Part shown: positions 47,728 through 56,778 of the stretch, one piece after another | How positions within the stretch are numbered: position 1 is the stretch's first letter | Layout of the letters: each line of letters begins with the position of its first letter | Source: Clostridiales bacterium | GTDB taxonomy: Bacteria > Bacillota > Clostridia > Oscillospirales > CAG-272 | NCBI GenBank assembly: GCA_022793655.1 | Contig: JAAWDG010000011.1 | Span: forward strand, 37,729-101,728 | Direction: 5' to 3' | Length of the DNA stretch: 64,000 bases | Translations under genes and position numbers: made by a program | Notes under the pieces: generated by a model | Told to the model about the DNA's origin: nothing | The model's database searches: none | Seen by the model: only the letters and a program-made list of their open reading frames with translations

Positions 47728-48177
47728 TTGATCAACTTTCGAAAAATAGCAAAAGAAGATGAGGCTTGCTATCTAACTATGGCAGCTGATTTTTATGCTT
47801 CAGACGCAGTTTTGTTTCATGTAGATGCATCTCATTTAACAGCTGCCTTTCATGAATTAATGCGGTCAGATGAATATTTAGAGTGTTATATTTTGGAATA
47901 TGATGGTAAGACAGCTGGCTATGCGCTGCTTTGTAAAAGCTATTCACAAGAGGCGGGCGGTATGGTGTTGTGGATTGATGAACTTTATGTTTTGCCCGCT
48001 TATCGTTCTAAAGGGATTGGCGGCGCATTTTTTGATTTTCTCTTTGCACAAAAAGGCGGACAATTTAAACGGTTCCGTTTAGAGGTAGAAAAGGACAATG
48101 CAAGAGCGGCTGCTCTTTATCAAAAAATGGGATTTGATTTTCTGGCTTATGAGCAAATGATAAAAGACTATGAATAA
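47728..48177 (+). CDS. GNAT acetyltransferase
   Basis: WIDELYVLPAYRSKGIG, NARAAALYQKMGF. Confidence 0.9.
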   Translation: MINFRKIAKEDEACYLTMAADFYASDAVLFHVDASHLTAAFHELMRSDEYLECYILEYDGKTAGYALLCKSYSQEAGGMVLWIDELYVLPAYRSKGIGGAFFDFLFAQKGGQFKRFRLEVEKDNARAAALYQKMGFDFLAYEQMIKDYE

Positions 48178-48236
48178 ATAGAAACGGAAGTGGCTAACGG
48201 CCAAGTCCCATAAGGAAATAATTCCCATATAAGTTA

Positions 48237-48274
48237 CGGTGTAATCCCTAAAAGAGATTGCACCGTTTCTTTTA
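48237..48274 (+). terminator. probable terminator
   Basis: ACGGTGTAATC..GATTGCACCGT followed by TTCTTTT. Confidence 0.6.
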
Positions 48275-48450
48275 TGCCGTAACACAGTGGTGCTGCGGAT
48301 TTGGATTTTGGTATCAAAATCCGATGTTTGTTATCCCTGCGGACTTTTCTGTTGCTGTGTGATTTAAACAACAAAAAACGATGGCAAGTGTTTTTACACA
48401 AGCTATCTGTTTAAAAACTATGATTTCCCATCATTACAAATTTGCATTTG

Positions 48451-48957
48451 CTAAATAAGTTGTTTAGAAAGATAAAGTATAAGTTCATCATCATTCATGC
48501 AAGGCGCATACTGTTCCAATTGTTTGCCATTAAACCACACTCCACTGCCGTCGGGAATATATCCACGCTTGACATACATCCTTTGTGCAGCACCATAGCC
48601 ATAGTGAAGTCCGACTCCAAGACAGATTGTAGATGAATATTCCTTGACATAATTTTCGATAGTGTCCATGATTGCAGTCCCAATGCCATTTCGTTGGTAC
48701 TTTTCCAGTACATTGAAATCCACAATTACAGGAATATTTTTATCCTTGAACGGTCCCGATATATCATGAGAAAGAAGAGTAGCATATCCCACCGCATTTC
48801 CGTCAACTTCAGCCACAAATAATTTTCTTGTACCATTTTTCTGCTCATTATAATACATCTGATATTGTTCTACAGATGTGTGCCAGCCTTGTTTTTTAAA
48901 CTCAGTAGGAAATTCAGTTATATCTGATTCTATCATTTTTCTAATTTTGATTTTCAT
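48451..48957 (-). CDS. GNAT acetyltransferase (AT-rich)
   Basis: DFNVLEKYQRNGIG, LGVGLHYGYGAAQRMYVKRGY. Confidence 0.9.
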   Translation of the reverse strand: MKIKIRKMIESDITEFPTEFKKQGWHTSVEQYQMYYNEQKNGTRKLFVAEVDGNAVGYATLLSHDISGPFKDKNIPVIVDFNVLEKYQRNGIGTAIMDTIENYVKEYSSTICLGVGLHYGYGAAQRMYVKRGYIPDGSGVWFNGKQLEQYAPCMNDDELILYLSKQLI

Positions 48958-49163
48958 AAGTCCCCCCATTTAAAGTTGTTGTATTGTAATACAAAACTTT
49001 TTTAACAATTGTATCAAAGACTCCTGCTTTTTCAACATTCCTGCAGGTTCTTTCATGAATCGATAAATAAGAAAATACCAAGAAAAACTTTTTGCAGTTC
49101 TTCTTAGTATTTATCTTGTGCGGTTGCCTTTGAAACGCCCGATAATTTGAATTTAGTACATTT

Positions 49164-49277
49164 ATTGTACCATAAAGTTTCAGTTACCTTAAAGCTCATC
49201 GTTTCCGGCTCTGCTGGAATGCTGCCTGATAGGCTGCAAGATGAACTTTCTAAGAATAAGCCGTAAGGGTGATTCTT
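49164..49277 (-). repeat. structured intergenic repeat, copy 8
   Basis: minus strand AAGAATCACCC-ttac-GGCTTATTCTTA; P1 AAAGTTCATC/GATGAGCTTT; TTCCAGC/GCCGGAA; tail AAGGTAACTGAAACTTTATGGTACAAT. Confidence 0.9.
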
Positions 49278-49333
49278 ATTGTATCCTAAAATACTGCCTT
49301 GTGAGCGTTAACAAAGTCCATGGCCGTTTCTAT

Positions 49334-50794
49334 TTATTCGTTTTTTCCTGCTTTCACTAACATGTCATGTTTAATATCCCATAACTTTTGAGAAAGGTCG
49401 ACATAATAATGATGCGGATTTTCAAAGCGTTTAACTTCATCCCATAACAAATCAATTTGCTCTTGACAATATTGTTTGATTTGTTCGGTAGAGGGTAGAT
49501 CATAGACTAATTTACCGTCTTTGAAAATTGTTTTTTGTAAGGCTACTGCCGTATAATTTTCAAAGGTCTTTTCTTTCCATGTGAAATCGGGATCAAAAAT
49601 AGTCAGCGGTTTGGTCTCATCAATGGTCTCATCATGTACACAGATAAGGTCCGCACTGGCTTTGCCCGTCTCGTTATCGTAGATGCGATATACCTTTTTA
49701 AAATGCGGCGTTGTAATTTTGGCTGTGTTTTCAGATATTTTGATTTTGGGTATGATTTTGCCGTTTTCTTCGACAGCCGCTAATTTATATACACCGCCGA
49801 ATACCGGCTCACTCTTAGAGGTAATCAGCCGTTCACCCACACCAAACGAGTCAATGATAGCGCCTTGCATCAGCAAATCGCGAATGATATATTCATCTAA
49901 CGAATTGGAAATGACAATTTTGCATTCATCAAGCCCCGCTTTGTCTAACTCTTTACGAATTCGTTTGGTCAGATAAGTAATATCGCCTGAATCGACACGA
50001 ATGCCGCATTTTTTAATTCCCATTGGCCACAAAACTTCTTTAAACGCTTTGATTGCGTTAGGCAGTCCGCTTTTGAGTACATTATAAGTATCAATTAAAA
50101 GAATGGCATTGTTAGGATATAGCTTGCAATAAGTGGTAAAGGCTTCGTATTCGGTGGGGAACATCTGCACCCATGAATGGGCCATAGTGCCGCCGGCCGG
50201 CACGCCGTATCGCTGTTCAGAAATGGTGCAGGCGGTACCAGCGCAGCCGCCGATATAAGCGGCCCTTGCTCCGAGGATGGCGCCTTCAACACCTTGCGCT
50301 CTTCGGGAGCCAAATTCGGAGATGGGACGGCCTTCCGCCGCTCTTACAATACGATTTGCTTTTGTTGCAATCAAAGACTGATGATTGAGTGTTAATAAAA
50401 TAAAGGTTTCAATAAATTGAGCCTCCATAGCGGGTGCACGGACCGTTAGAATGGGTTCGCCCGGGAAAATCGGCGTGCCTTCTGGCATAGCATAAATATC
50501 ACCGGTGAAATGAAACCCGCGTAAATAGCTTAGAAAATCTTCATTGAACACTCCTTTTGCCCGTAAAAACTCGATATCGTCGGCGGTGAAGTGCAGATTA
50601 TCGATATATTCAACCACTTGTTCTAGGCCGCAGCAAATGGAAAAACCGCCTTCATCAGGCACACTGCGATAAAATACATCAAAATAAGCGATTTTATCTT
50701 TCATTTCGGTGTTGTAATACCCGTTGGCCATGGTGAGCTCATAAAAGTCGCACAAAAGGGTGTAGTTATCTTTTAAAATGTTTTTGCTTGTCAT
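49334..50794 (-). CDS. pncB: nicotinate phosphoribosyltransferase
   Basis: LLCDFYELTM, EFGSRRAQ, GTMAHSW, IDTY, RVDSGD, GGVYKL; start from GGGAGA RBS. Confidence 0.95.
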   Translation of the reverse strand: MTSKNILKDNYTLLCDFYELTMANGYYNTEMKDKIAYFDVFYRSVPDEGGFSICCGLEQVVEYIDNLHFTADDIEFLRAKGVFNEDFLSYLRGFHFTGDIYAMPEGTPIFPGEPILTVRAPAMEAQFIETFILLTLNHQSLIATKANRIVRAAEGRPISEFGSRRAQGVEGAILGARAAYIGGCAGTACTISEQRYGVPAGGTMAHSWVQMFPTEYEAFTTYCKLYPNNAILLIDTYNVLKSGLPNAIKAFKEVLWPMGIKKCGIRVDSGDITYLTKRIRKELDKAGLDECKIVISNSLDEYIIRDLLMQGAIIDSFGVGERLITSKSEPVFGGVYKLAAVEENGKIIPKIKISENTAKITTPHFKKVYRIYDNETGKASADLICVHDETIDETKPLTIFDPDFTWKEKTFENYTAVALQKTIFKDGKLVYDLPSTEQIKQYCQEQIDLLWDEVKRFENPHHYYVDLSQKLWDIKHDMLVKAGKNE

Positions 50795-50875
50795 TGTTTT
50801 CTCCCATATTGCAATCATTTTCAATCTATTATATAATATAACAAATATGCGAAAAAGTAAAGGGAGAGCAGGTAT

Positions 50876-52798
50876 ATGAAAAACGGATTTATTAAAATAG
50901 CAGCCGTCAGTCCTTCGCTGCAGGTGGCGGATTGTCAGGGCAATGCGGCGCAAATCATCAAGGCAATTGAACAGTATGCAGCCGAGGGTGTTCATGTGCT
51001 GACTTTTCCGGAGCTTTCGATTACAGGCTATACTTGTGGCGATTTGTTTTTACAAAAGACTTTGTTAGAGGGCGCTTTGCAGGCTCTTTGGGCGATTGCG
51101 TCGGCTACAAAGGATAAAAATATGTTAGTGGCGGTGGGGCTGCCTCTTTGTTATCAGGACAAGCTATATAATTGTGCGGCTGTCTTGTTTAGAGGAGAAA
51201 TACTTGGCTTTATACCGAAACAGCATATACCGAATTACAGCGAGTTTTATGAGGCCAGACATTTTACAAGCTGGCATGGCGAAAACCAAACGATTGCTAT
51301 CGGCAAAAACGCAGTTCCCATTGGTAATAAGCAGTTATTTTCTTGTCCGGAAATTGAGGGTTTTACGGTCGCCTATGAAATTTGTGAGGATGGATGGGTT
51401 CCTTTCTCTCCCAGTGAACGTCATGCGGCGGCCGGCGCGACGATCATTTGCAATCTTTCAGCTTCAGACGAAGTGATCGGAAAAGCTGACTATCGGCGTA
51501 ATCTAATCAAAATGAAATCAGGCGTTTGTTGCTGTGCGTACGTATATGCCGATGCAGGCAATGGGGAATCAACAACCGATATGGTGTTTGCTGGTCATCA
51601 TCTTATTTGCGAGAACGGCAGCCTCCTTGCAGAGAGCGCTCCGTTTGGCAAAGGGGTGGTGGTGACCGAGGTGGATGTGCAGCGTCTGACGGCTGATCGG
51701 CGCCGAATGAATACGTTTATGGCAACCAATACGATTGATTATAAGATCCATTCGCTTTCGTTTGCGGTACATGAAACGATAATCACCAGACTGTATTCTA
51801 AAACGCCTTTTGTCCCGCAAAATCAAGCACAGCGGAATGAACGGTGCCAGGCTATTTTAGCGATGCAGGCACATGGCTTGGCCAAAAGGCTTAGGCACAT
51901 TGGCAAAGCTGGTGTGGTGTTAGGTATTTCGGGCGGTTTAGATTCTTGCCTTGCGCTGCTGGTTTGTGTAGAGGCTATGAAGATATTAGAGCGCCCTTAT
52001 ACCGATATTTGTGCGGTAACGATGCCTTGTTTTGGTACTACCCGCAGAACCCGTACCAATGCGCAACGTTTGTGCGAACAGCTTGGCGTTTCTTTTCGTT
52101 GTGTGGATATTTCTAAGAGTGTTCGCAGTCATTTTTCGGATATTGGACAGCAAGAGGATGTTCATGATGTCACTTATGAAAATGCGCAGGCCAGAGAACG
52201 CACCCAAGTGTTGATGGACTTGGCAAACAAACGAGGTGATATTGTGATTGGCACGGGTGATTTGTCTGAGTTAGCGCTTGGTTTTGCGACGTATAACGGT
52301 GATCATATGTCGATGTATGGTGTGAACGGTTCGATTCCGAAAACGTTAGTGCGGCATTTGGTTGCGTATTATGCAGAAATTTCCGAGTCTACGCTTTCTT
52401 CGATTTTACTTGATATTTTGGCTACACCTGTTTCGCCCGAGTTAATTCCGCCGACAAATGATGAAATTGCCCAGGTAACGGAGGAGATAGTCGGGCCTTA
52501 CGAACTGCACGATTTTTTCTTGTATTATTTGGTTCGCTTTGGTTTTACCCCCGCTAAAATTTATCGATTGGCTCGGTATGCATTTGGCGATGAATATGAC
52601 GGCAAAGTGATTCAAAAGTGGCTGTTTATCTTTATGAAACGCTTTTTTGCGCAGCAGTTTAAACGCTCTTGCCTGCCGGATGGCCCTAAAGTGGGCACGG
52701 TCACCCTTTCGCCGCGTGGTGATTTCCGCATGCCGTCCGATGCGGTGGGCCGCCTGTGGCTTGACGAGATTGAAACGCTTGGTAATATGTTTTCTTAA
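50876..52798 (+). CDS. nadE: glutamine-dependent NAD+ synthetase
   Basis: nitrilase domain (FPELSITGY, EICED) plus SGGLDS, ENAQAR, QFKRSCLPDGPKVG. Confidence 0.95.
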   Translation: MKNGFIKIAAVSPSLQVADCQGNAAQIIKAIEQYAAEGVHVLTFPELSITGYTCGDLFLQKTLLEGALQALWAIASATKDKNMLVAVGLPLCYQDKLYNCAAVLFRGEILGFIPKQHIPNYSEFYEARHFTSWHGENQTIAIGKNAVPIGNKQLFSCPEIEGFTVAYEICEDGWVPFSPSERHAAAGATIICNLSASDEVIGKADYRRNLIKMKSGVCCCAYVYADAGNGESTTDMVFAGHHLICENGSLLAESAPFGKGVVVTEVDVQRLTADRRRMNTFMATNTIDYKIHSLSFAVHETIITRLYSKTPFVPQNQAQRNERCQAILAMQAHGLAKRLRHIGKAGVVLGISGGLDSCLALLVCVEAMKILERPYTDICAVTMPCFGTTRRTRTNAQRLCEQLGVSFRCVDISKSVRSHFSDIGQQEDVHDVTYENAQARERTQVLMDLANKRGDIVIGTGDLSELALGFATYNGDHMSMYGVNGSIPKTLVRHLVAYYAEISESTLSSILLDILATPVSPELIPPTNDEIAQVTEEIVGPYELHDFFLYYLVRFGFTPAKIYRLARYAFGDEYDGKVIQKWLFIFMKRFFAQQFKRSCLPDGPKVGTVTLSPRGDFRMPSDAVGRLWLDEIETLGNMFS

Positions 52799-52982
52799 AT
52801 CAGAACCTTTTTTATCGGTTCTGATTTGTACCGCTCATTAATAAGATAATATAAAAGAAACGTCTGAAATAAAGGAAAGCAGAAATTGAAAGAAAAGTAT
52901 TTTCAGACGCGGTTTGTGTTATCCGCTGCAAGCGGGGGCGTATTTTACTGACTAAGAAACTGACGCAAATCCAAAGAAAGAT

Positions 52983-54500
52983 ATGGTCAAAAGTATGAGT
53001 ACATTTTTAGACGGTTTAAATAAATTAAATCTGATTGTTTATACCTTTATTTGGGAACGTGCCGGCCTGATTCTTTTAATTGGCACCGGTGTTTTTATTA
53101 CACTGCTGACAAAGGGGTTTCAAATTACCCATTTTCGTTTTTGGATGAAAAAAACTATCGGCAGTATTTTTCAAAAGGATGTCTATCGCCATACAAAGGA
53201 AAAAGGGGCTATATCACCTTTTCAGGCTATGTGTACGTCACTTGCGGCTACAGTAGGTGTGGGCAATATAGCGGGTGTAGGCACGGCGATTGTTTTTGGC
53301 GGTCCGGGCGCTGTTTTTTGGATGTGGATTGCCGCTTTGTTCGGCATGATGACCAGCTTTGCTGAAAATGTGTTAGCTGTCTATTATCGTTCGACAAACG
53401 AAAAAGGTGAATTAGTAGGCGGTGCAATGTATTATCTGCGCAATGGTCTTGGCGGCAAGCCAGGTTGTAAAAAAATCGGGCAAGCGTTAGCCGTATTGTT
53501 TTCCGTTTGCTGTTTGCTTGCCTCCTTTGGCATCGGGAATATGAGTCAAATTAATACCATTGCGGTTAATTTTTCGGATGCGTTTCGTTGCCCGCCTTTA
53601 GAAAAGATCGCAATCGGCTCCAGCAATCTTTATATGTTGGTCATCGGACTTGTTTTGATGATTGTGGCGGCATTGGTTATTTTAGGAGGACTCCAGAGAA
53701 TTTCAAATGTAACCGAAAAGGTTGTTCCTTTTATGGTTCTATTCTATTTGCTTGGTTCGGGTGTTATCGTAGTATTAAATTATCAGAATATTTTACCAGC
53801 GTTTGCCGCTATTTTTAAAGGGGCATTTGGCGCGCAGGCGGCTGTGGGCGGGGCTGTCGGCATTTCGGTGCGAACAGTCATGACATGGGGCTTTAAACGG
53901 GGTGTTTTCTCGAATGAAGCGGGCCTTGGGTCGACAACGATTATCAATGCGGCCTCGAGTAATAAAGAGCCGGTTGGACAGGGGCTGTGGGGTATTTTTG
54001 AGGTGTTTGTTGACACGATTGTTGTTTGTTCGCTTACCGCGCTTGTTATATTAACGTCTGGTTTAGTCGATTTTACAACGGGTGAGATGCTGACTGATTC
54101 TTGTTCTACCACATTAGTATCCGAAGCCTTTTCGCAATCGTTCGGTTCTTTTGGCGGTTCTTTTATGGCCATCTCTATTCTTTTGTTTGCTTTTTCAACG
54201 GTGCTTGGCTGGTCATATTACGGTACAAAGGCATGGGAGTTTTTGTTTGGCACTAAATCGACAAAAATATATAAGATATTGTTTATTATGGTGATTGCCA
54301 CAGGTGCTGTTTTGTCATTAGAAAGTGTGTGGTCTATATCGGATACGTTCAACGGCATGATGATGCTGCCCAATTTAGTAGGTGTGCTGCTGCTTTCAGG
54401 GCAGGTATTGAAAATCACTAAAAATTATATTGACCGTGAAATAAAAGGGATCTCCAAAGAACCAATTTTGTCATATAAGAGTGATAAGCAGGAAAAGTGA
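52983..54500 (+). CDS. alanine/glycine:cation symporter (AGCS family)
   Basis: VGVGNIAGV..GGPGAVFWMW, RGVFSNEAGLGS, VFVDTIVVC. Confidence 0.93.
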   Translation: MVKSMSTFLDGLNKLNLIVYTFIWERAGLILLIGTGVFITLLTKGFQITHFRFWMKKTIGSIFQKDVYRHTKEKGAISPFQAMCTSLAATVGVGNIAGVGTAIVFGGPGAVFWMWIAALFGMMTSFAENVLAVYYRSTNEKGELVGGAMYYLRNGLGGKPGCKKIGQALAVLFSVCCLLASFGIGNMSQINTIAVNFSDAFRCPPLEKIAIGSSNLYMLVIGLVLMIVAALVILGGLQRISNVTEKVVPFMVLFYLLGSGVIVVLNYQNILPAFAAIFKGAFGAQAAVGGAVGISVRTVMTWGFKRGVFSNEAGLGSTTIINAASSNKEPVGQGLWGIFEVFVDTIVVCSLTALVILTSGLVDFTTGEMLTDSCSTTLVSEAFSQSFGSFGGSFMAISILLFAFSTVLGWSYYGTKAWEFLFGTKSTKIYKILFIMVIATGAVLSLESVWSISDTFNGMMMLPNLVGVLLLSGQVLKITKNYIDREIKGISKEPILSYKSDKQEK

Positions 54501-54558
54501 GCAGAACAGATTATGATGGCAGTATATTGTATAGAAAAGATAAGGAAGTGATAGTATC

Positions 54559-55092
54559 ATGATTCAATATAGAGAGGTGTACGCGCAGGAAATTGACCGG
54601 TCGTTGTTTGCGCATTTCACGCGCCGGCAAGCGGTTGTCAATTGTGTGCGCAGAGAAGCGGGAGAATGGAAGATCAAAGAGGATCCTTTCATTGACGATT
54701 GGTCGGAGGAAGATTATCAAACATTGGTTCGTTGTTTAAGAAACACGGTGCAAACGGGCGGATTTGTATACGCCGCTTTTGATGAAGACGTTTTAAAAGG
54801 CTTTGTGTCAGTTGAGGCAATGCCCTTGGGGAATAAAAAGGAATATCTTGACCTTTCGTCTCTTCATGTGTCAGCCGATTGGCGCGGAAAAGGCATTGGC
54901 AGGAAGCTGTTTGTGGCGGCCAAAAGGTGGGCGAAAGAGAAAGGCGCCAAAAAGCTGTATATTTCTTCTCATTCGGCCGTAGAGACACAGGCGTTTTATC
55001 GAGCCATGGGGTGTGTGGAAGCGATGGAATATAATCAGAAACACGCCGAAGCAGAGCCATATGATTGTCAGCTTGAATGTGCTGTTGAATAA
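54559..55092 (+). CDS. GNAT acetyltransferase
   Basis: LHVSADWRGKGIG, KLYISSHSAVETQAFY. Confidence 0.9.
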   Translation: MIQYREVYAQEIDRSLFAHFTRRQAVVNCVRREAGEWKIKEDPFIDDWSEEDYQTLVRCLRNTVQTGGFVYAAFDEDVLKGFVSVEAMPLGNKKEYLDLSSLHVSADWRGKGIGRKLFVAAKRWAKEKGAKKLYISSHSAVETQAFYRAMGCVEAMEYNQKHAEAEPYDCQLECAVE

Positions 55093-55110
55093 GGATATTA
55101 TAGCGAGAAA

Positions 55111-55151
55111 AAAGACCATACCGTGTTTTGATTAAGCATGGTATGGTCTTT
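55111..55151. terminator. terminator-like hairpin between convergent genes
   Basis: AAAGACCATACC..GGTATGGTCTTT. Confidence 0.65.
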
Positions 55152-55342
55152 AAAGTTTACTTTTAATATCGTTTGCCATAATGCGCTGTGGTCGCTTTAA
55201 TAGGCCTAGGCGCAAAAATGCATTTAGCGTTCTATGGTCATTCAATATTGTTTAATATTTTATGGAAAAATTAATTTTATCGATTAGAAACTCGCGCTTT
55301 TTTACTTTTGGTTTCTTTCTATATTTAATCAGTTATTATGAG

Positions 55343-55813
55343 TTAAAAATGTAAGAAATTGATAAGCGAAATCAAAACGGCAGTTGCAACAAAAATCATG
55401 GCTGCACATCCAACAGGTTTTCGAGAAGTATTTGACGGATAATCATATGAAAATGTGTATTTTGTTGTTTGTGATGGCTTTGCTTGGGTAGATTTATTAG
55501 TAATGTGTTGTCTTGTTGCTTTGTAGTATAGCGCTAATGGATCATTTTGGTTTATAATGCGCTGGTAAAAGTCTTCAAGCCATTCTATATCCTCGTCAGA
55601 ACACATGTTTTCTTCATTAGCATAAGTTTCGTGCGCGATTTGATTGCGGATATGGCGATAGTGCTTTAATTGCTGATAATCACTGTTCCAACTCTTAACA
55701 TAATATGATCCGGTGGTTATTTGTTCCATATCCTTAATATAGCCGGTAATGCCGATGCCGTTCATATCTTTGCACAGATTGTCAAGATGCTTATAAGCAC
55801 TCATAAAATTCAT
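55343..55813 (-). CDS. hypothetical protein with Rx4H (HEPN-like) motif and C-terminal TM helix
   Basis: GGAGA RBS; YRHIRNQIAHE; helical composition; hydrophobic C-tail; AT-rich. Confidence 0.65.
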   Translation of the reverse strand: MNFMSAYKHLDNLCKDMNGIGITGYIKDMEQITTGSYYVKSWNSDYQQLKHYRHIRNQIAHETYANEENMCSDEDIEWLEDFYQRIINQNDPLALYYKATRQHITNKSTQAKPSQTTKYTFSYDYPSNTSRKPVGCAAMIFVATAVLISLINFLHF

Positions 55814-55883
55814 AATTTTCTCCGAAAAAAACAAGCCGCAAAACATTTCTGCTTTGCGGCGTTTTAATGCGGCTGTGCCGCAA

Positions 55884-55959
55884 TGGTCTGAGTGACTGGA
55901 CTTGAACCAGCGGCCTCTACCACCCCAAGGTAGCGCGCTACCATCTGCGCCACACCCAG
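55884..55959 (-). tRNA. tRNA-Pro (anticodon GGG)
   Basis: CTGGGTG/CACTCAG acceptor, CTACC-TTGGGGT-GGTAG, GTTCAAGTC T loop, CCA; TTGACA-17-TATAAT promoter at 56000-55972. Confidence 0.96.
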
Positions 55960-56171
55960 ATACAGTTTAGAATTATAGCATATGCAAAGAATAATGTCAA
56001 GTTTTTTGTTTGAAATTTAATCGTTAATCGCAACATCCTGCCTGTAATAGAAAATGAAAAAAAAGTGATCGATCCATAACAACATTTTAAATAAGCCAAA
56101 GAGCTATTGAAATAGAAGGGAAAATTTGTTATCATTATAATGAATATATATAATGTATAAATGAGGTTTAT

Positions 56172-56648
56172 TTGATGATTATTGAGATGAATATTGAAAA
56201 TTACGGAACGATAAAAGCTGAATTGTATCCGGAATTTGCGCCAAAAACCGTAGAGAATTTTTTGGCTTTAGTGGATAAGGGTTTTTACGATGGTTTGATT
56301 TTTCACAGAGTTATTCATAATTTTATGATTCAGGGCGGCGATCCGACCGGCACTGGTATGGGCGGTGCTGAGGAAACCATCCCAGGTGAGTTTTTATCAA
56401 ATGGCTATAAGAATCCGTTAAAGCATAGTAAAGGTGTTCTTTCTATGGCGCGCAGCCAGAACTATAATTCGGCATCTTCGCAGTTTTTTATATGCCAGGC
56501 GGATTGCTTTTATTTGGATGGAGAGTATGCGGCTTTTGGCAAGGTCACTGAGGGACTTGATATCGTTGATTTAATTGCCAAAACAGATACCGACCAGCGG
56601 GATCGACCGCTAAATGACGTGGTGATTCATTCGATTAAACGGGTATAA
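56172..56648 (+). CDS. ppiB: cyclophilin-type peptidyl-prolyl isomerase
   Basis: APKTVENF, FHRVI..FMIQGGDPTG, SMAR, SQFFI. Confidence 0.9.
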   Translation: MMIIEMNIENYGTIKAELYPEFAPKTVENFLALVDKGFYDGLIFHRVIHNFMIQGGDPTGTGMGGAEETIPGEFLSNGYKNPLKHSKGVLSMARSQNYNSASSQFFICQADCFYLDGEYAAFGKVTEGLDIVDLIAKTDTDQRDRPLNDVVIHSIKRV

Positions 56649-56778
56649 CAAGCTCTTGCGCTTGTGCGCGTGTTTCGTTGCATTTAGGGTGTATTTGTGA
56701 TATAATTAATCTGTGTTATTATCTGTGCTAAAGTTTTTTGGAGCATAGAATTCTTGTGTGAAGATAGAGTAAAGAAAC

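Noticed and set aside
50826-50842. TATTATATAATA palindrome between pncB and nadE as an NrtR/NiaR site
   Set aside because: Low-complexity AT sequence explained by overlapping divergent -10 boxes.
50795-50995. N-terminal extension of pncB overlapping nadE
   Set aside because: Similarity and the RBS point to ATG 50794; the extension is an ORF-caller artefact. The same applies to the sigG, lacI, Rrf2 and mglB upstream extensions.
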